From Thermoleophilia bacterium (GTDB lineage: Bacteria; Actinomycetota; Thermoleophilia; RBG-16-64-13), in NCBI GenBank assembly GCA_027493445.1, contig JAOSKU010000001.1:3609845-3673844 (forward strand): a DNA stretch of 64,000 nucleotides. The letters are read 5' to 3'. Made by a program: the position numbers and the translations under genes. Below the pieces are notes generated by a model. It ran no database searches. It saw nothing but the letters and a program-made list of their open reading frames with translations, and was not told the origin of the DNA. This document shows, one piece after another, positions 62,052-64,000 of this stretch (position 1 is the stretch's first letter; each line of letters begins with the position of its first letter).

Positions 62052-63119
62052 GTGCCGGACCTGCTCATCGGCGAGGACGAGGAAGAACCCGCGCCGCGGG
62101 ACCGTCTCGAGGCCGAAGCGCACCACGCCGTGACCCTTCTCGGCCGGGCGTGGATCCGGGACATCCCCGCCATGTGGTGGCTGGAAGAGGAGACGGCGTT
62201 GTTGCCAGCTTCCCGCCCGGCGCCCGCCTCCGCGCCCCGGAGGTCGCGCGCAGCGCGGGGCAGTGCTTCCGACTCCTTCGTCGACGACCTCCGCGCCACC
62301 CTCGCCGGCGATCCCTCCGGCTTGGACGCCGACGTCGTGATGCGCCTGATCACATCTCCTCTGGGTACGCCCGGGTGCGCCGTCGTTCTGCGCGACGAGC
62401 TCACGCTCCCCGAACTCGCCGGCTCCGCCTACCTCTTCAACGCCCGCCTCTTCCTGGGGAAGGCGGCCCCGGCCGACGTCCGGGCCACCGCCAAGGGCAA
62501 CCTGAACCAGGCCTTCGTGGACTACATGGCGGGCGGGATGCATCTCTCGGCGGATGAGGAGCACTGGTTCTCGTACGGCAGACCGAGGCGGGAGGACGGT
62601 TTCAGAGCCCTCCGGGCCTTGCGGGCGGTGCTGACGCTCGCCGGGCTCCTGGAAGAGAAGCCCCGTTCCTTCGCCGTCACCGACGAGGGATTCCGCCTTC
62701 TCGCAGAGGGTGCCGCCGGTACGTTGCAGGCACTACTCTTCCGTACGTTCTTCGGGCCGTTCGACCTCGCCTTTTTGGACCAGATGGGCGAGGACTCCCT
62801 CCTGCAGGCCACCGTTCCGTACACGCTGTTCATGCTGAGCCGGGAGGCGGGGGAGTGGCTCTCGCCGCTCGACCTGCGCGATCGCGTGGTGTTGGAAGAG
62901 ATCCGCGACCCTGAGGAGGAGGCGAGCATCTTCGACGAGACGTTGTGGCGCTTCGAGAACCGGATCTTGGCTCCCCTGGTGGGCTTCGGGCTTCTGGAAC
63001 GCCGGCCTCATCCCGACCCGCCCGCTGACGGGGGTCGGCTCGACGTTGGCGGCTACCGCTACTACCAGGTTCGCCGCACTCCCTTGTTCGACCGGTTCGT
63101 AGGGTTCGACCTGACGTAG
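62052..63119 (+). CDS. Hypothetical protein, in the same reading frame as the preceding gene
   Basis: GTG 62052 lies 5 sense codons after the in-frame TAA of the previous ORF. The protein is acidic and helical with coding-like composition. Confidence 0.45.
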   Translation: MPDLLIGEDEEEPAPRDRLEAEAHHAVTLLGRAWIRDIPAMWWLEEETALLPASRPAPASAPRRSRAARGSASDSFVDDLRATLAGDPSGLDADVVMRLITSPLGTPGCAVVLRDELTLPELAGSAYLFNARLFLGKAAPADVRATAKGNLNQAFVDYMAGGMHLSADEEHWFSYGRPRREDGFRALRALRAVLTLAGLLEEKPRSFAVTDEGFRLLAEGAAGTLQALLFRTFFGPFDLAFLDQMGEDSLLQATVPYTLFMLSREAGEWLSPLDLRDRVVLEEIRDPEEEASIFDETLWRFENRILAPLVGFGLLERRPHPDPPADGGRLDVGGYRYYQVRRTPLFDRFVGFDLT

Positions 63120-63238
63120 GGGTGTCGCGGCGGGCCAGGAGCCTGCAGCTCGCTGTGAGCCGACTTCTCCCTGTGAGTGTAGTGGAGGGCGGGCGGTAGA
63201 GGAGGAACGAGGAGCGCCGGCGTTCGCCGCAAGGCGAG

Positions 63239-64000
63239 TCAGGCCCCCCCTTTGACAACTACCGACGCAGCCCGCGCAGCCTGTGCGGTGCCTGAAGCGG
63301 GCACAGGCTCCTCGGTAGACATGTGGTGCAGCGTGGAACGAAGCCATGCGATCGCAACCCCACCGGCGCTCATGTTTGCGGCAAAGGCCGCCCACCAAAC
63401 GCCTGTGAGGCCCCATATCGACGCGCCCAGATAGGCGAGCGGAACGTAGAGCACGAACATGCGCAGGAGCGAGATGGTAAGCGAACGCATCGGCCGATGG
63501 AGGGCATTCAGCGAATTCGTGACCGTCTGGAGCGCACCCAGCATCAGGTAGGACGGATACACGATCGCCATGTAGGAGGTGACAACCGCGATGACCGCGG
63601 GGTTGTCGTTGAAGACGCCGGCGATGTGACGGCCGAAGACCAGCGCCACCATCCACACGAAGAGACCCCAACCCAGCGCGAAGATGATACCGGCCCGCGT
63701 CGCTTGGGAGACACGCGACCTGAGGCCTGCCCCCAGGTTCTGGCCGATGAAAGGGATCAACGCCGCACCCAGTGCCATGACGAACATGAGCATGAGCATC
63801 TCCAAGCGGCCGGCGACGCCGAACCCGGCCACCGCAGCCACTCCGTAGCCCGCGACTATCGCGGTGACGACACCCGTCGAGATCGGTGTGATGAGTTGCG
63901 TGGTCGCGGCCGGAATGCCGATCGCAAGGACGCGCTTCCAGGCGCTGAGCACCTCGGTCACCCGCTGACGCTCGAGCGCAAAGAGCCCCATCCGGCGGAG
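63239..64000 (-). CDS. MATE-family efflux transporter, C-terminal half; the gene continues past the window end
   Basis: TM-rich sequence with MATE-like blocks (IPAATTQLITPISTGVVTAIVAGYG, AGIIFALGWGL). The ORF stays open to the window edge. Confidence 0.7.
   Translation of the reverse strand, partial: LRRMGLFALERQRVTEVLSAWKRVLAIGIPAATTQLITPISTGVVTAIVAGYGVAAVAGFGVAGRLEMLMLMFVMALGAALIPFIGQNLGAGLRSRVSQATRAGIIFALGWGLFVWMVALVFGRHIAGVFNDNPAVIAVVTSYMAIVYPSYLMLGALQTVTNSLNALHRPMRSLTISLLRMFVLYVPLAYLGASIWGLTGVWWAAFAANMSAGGVAIAWLRSTLHHMSTEEPVPASGTAQAARAASVVVKGGA

Noticed and set aside
1-64000. CRISPR arrays, tRNA, rRNA and IS elements
   Set aside because: I saw no regularly spaced direct repeats with spacers, no transposase-like ORF, no terminal inverted repeats and no rRNA-like conserved stretch. 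tRNAs cannot be fully excluded by eye, but the intergenic regions examined showed no cloverleaf candidates.

Overview
This is a 64 kb window of about 70% GC bacterial DNA. Gene density is high, GGAGG-type ribosome-binding sites are strong, and adjacent genes often overlap by ATGA or TGATG, which is typical of a thermophile-like high-GC bacterium. The source could be Thermus/Deinococcus-like, Thermaerobacter-like or Chloroflexi-like; the sequence alone cannot decide this. I found no rRNA, tRNA or CRISPR array.

Gene content, left to right:
- A molybdopterin-oxidoreductase gene on the minus strand, cut off at the window start, so its 5' (N-terminal) half is present; it is missing from the ORF track because it is edge-truncated.
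- A two-HKD phospholipase-D-like (cardiolipin-synthase-like) gene.
- A fused ABC-ATPase/FtsX-permease (MacB-like) transporter.
- A complete Thermus-order V/A-type ATPase operon, atpG-I-K-E-C-F-A-B-D.
- An unusual redox cluster: HdrA-like flavoprotein 1, a QmoC/HdrE-like membrane FeS/cytochrome-b protein, HdrA-like flavoprotein 2, MvhD, the MvhG small and MvhA large [NiFe]-hydrogenase subunits, and a maturation protease.
- A decayed EmrB-type MFS gene remnant, a secreted DUF4352-like protein and an aldehyde dehydrogenase.
- Convergent trehalose genes: OtsA and a TreT-type GT4 trehalose synthase, next to a GalT-like nucleotidyltransferase.
- A CoA-binding protein, a cyclopropane-fatty-acid-synthase-family methyltransferase and an MFS_4 transporter.
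- An uncharacterised five-gene cassette (two overlapping hypotheticals, a P-loop NTPase, a small protein, and a SNF2 helicase fused to an Mrr-like nuclease), sitting in a defence-island-like neighbourhood with two HicAB modules and, further downstream, VapBC and SbcCD.
- An acetone/acetophenone-carboxylase-like operon (two HyuA paralogues, a gamma subunit, HyuB) with a phenylacetate-CoA-ligase-like gene and a LytS/LytTR two-component system.
- Two hypothetical genes separated only by an in-frame TAA stop.
- A MATE efflux gene on the minus strand, cut off at the window end, so its 3' (C-terminal) half is present.

A recurring technical point: at least eleven conserved genes are broken by single-base insertions or deletions inside short G or C homopolymer runs. 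This looks like systematic sequencing or assembly error rather than real pseudogenes.
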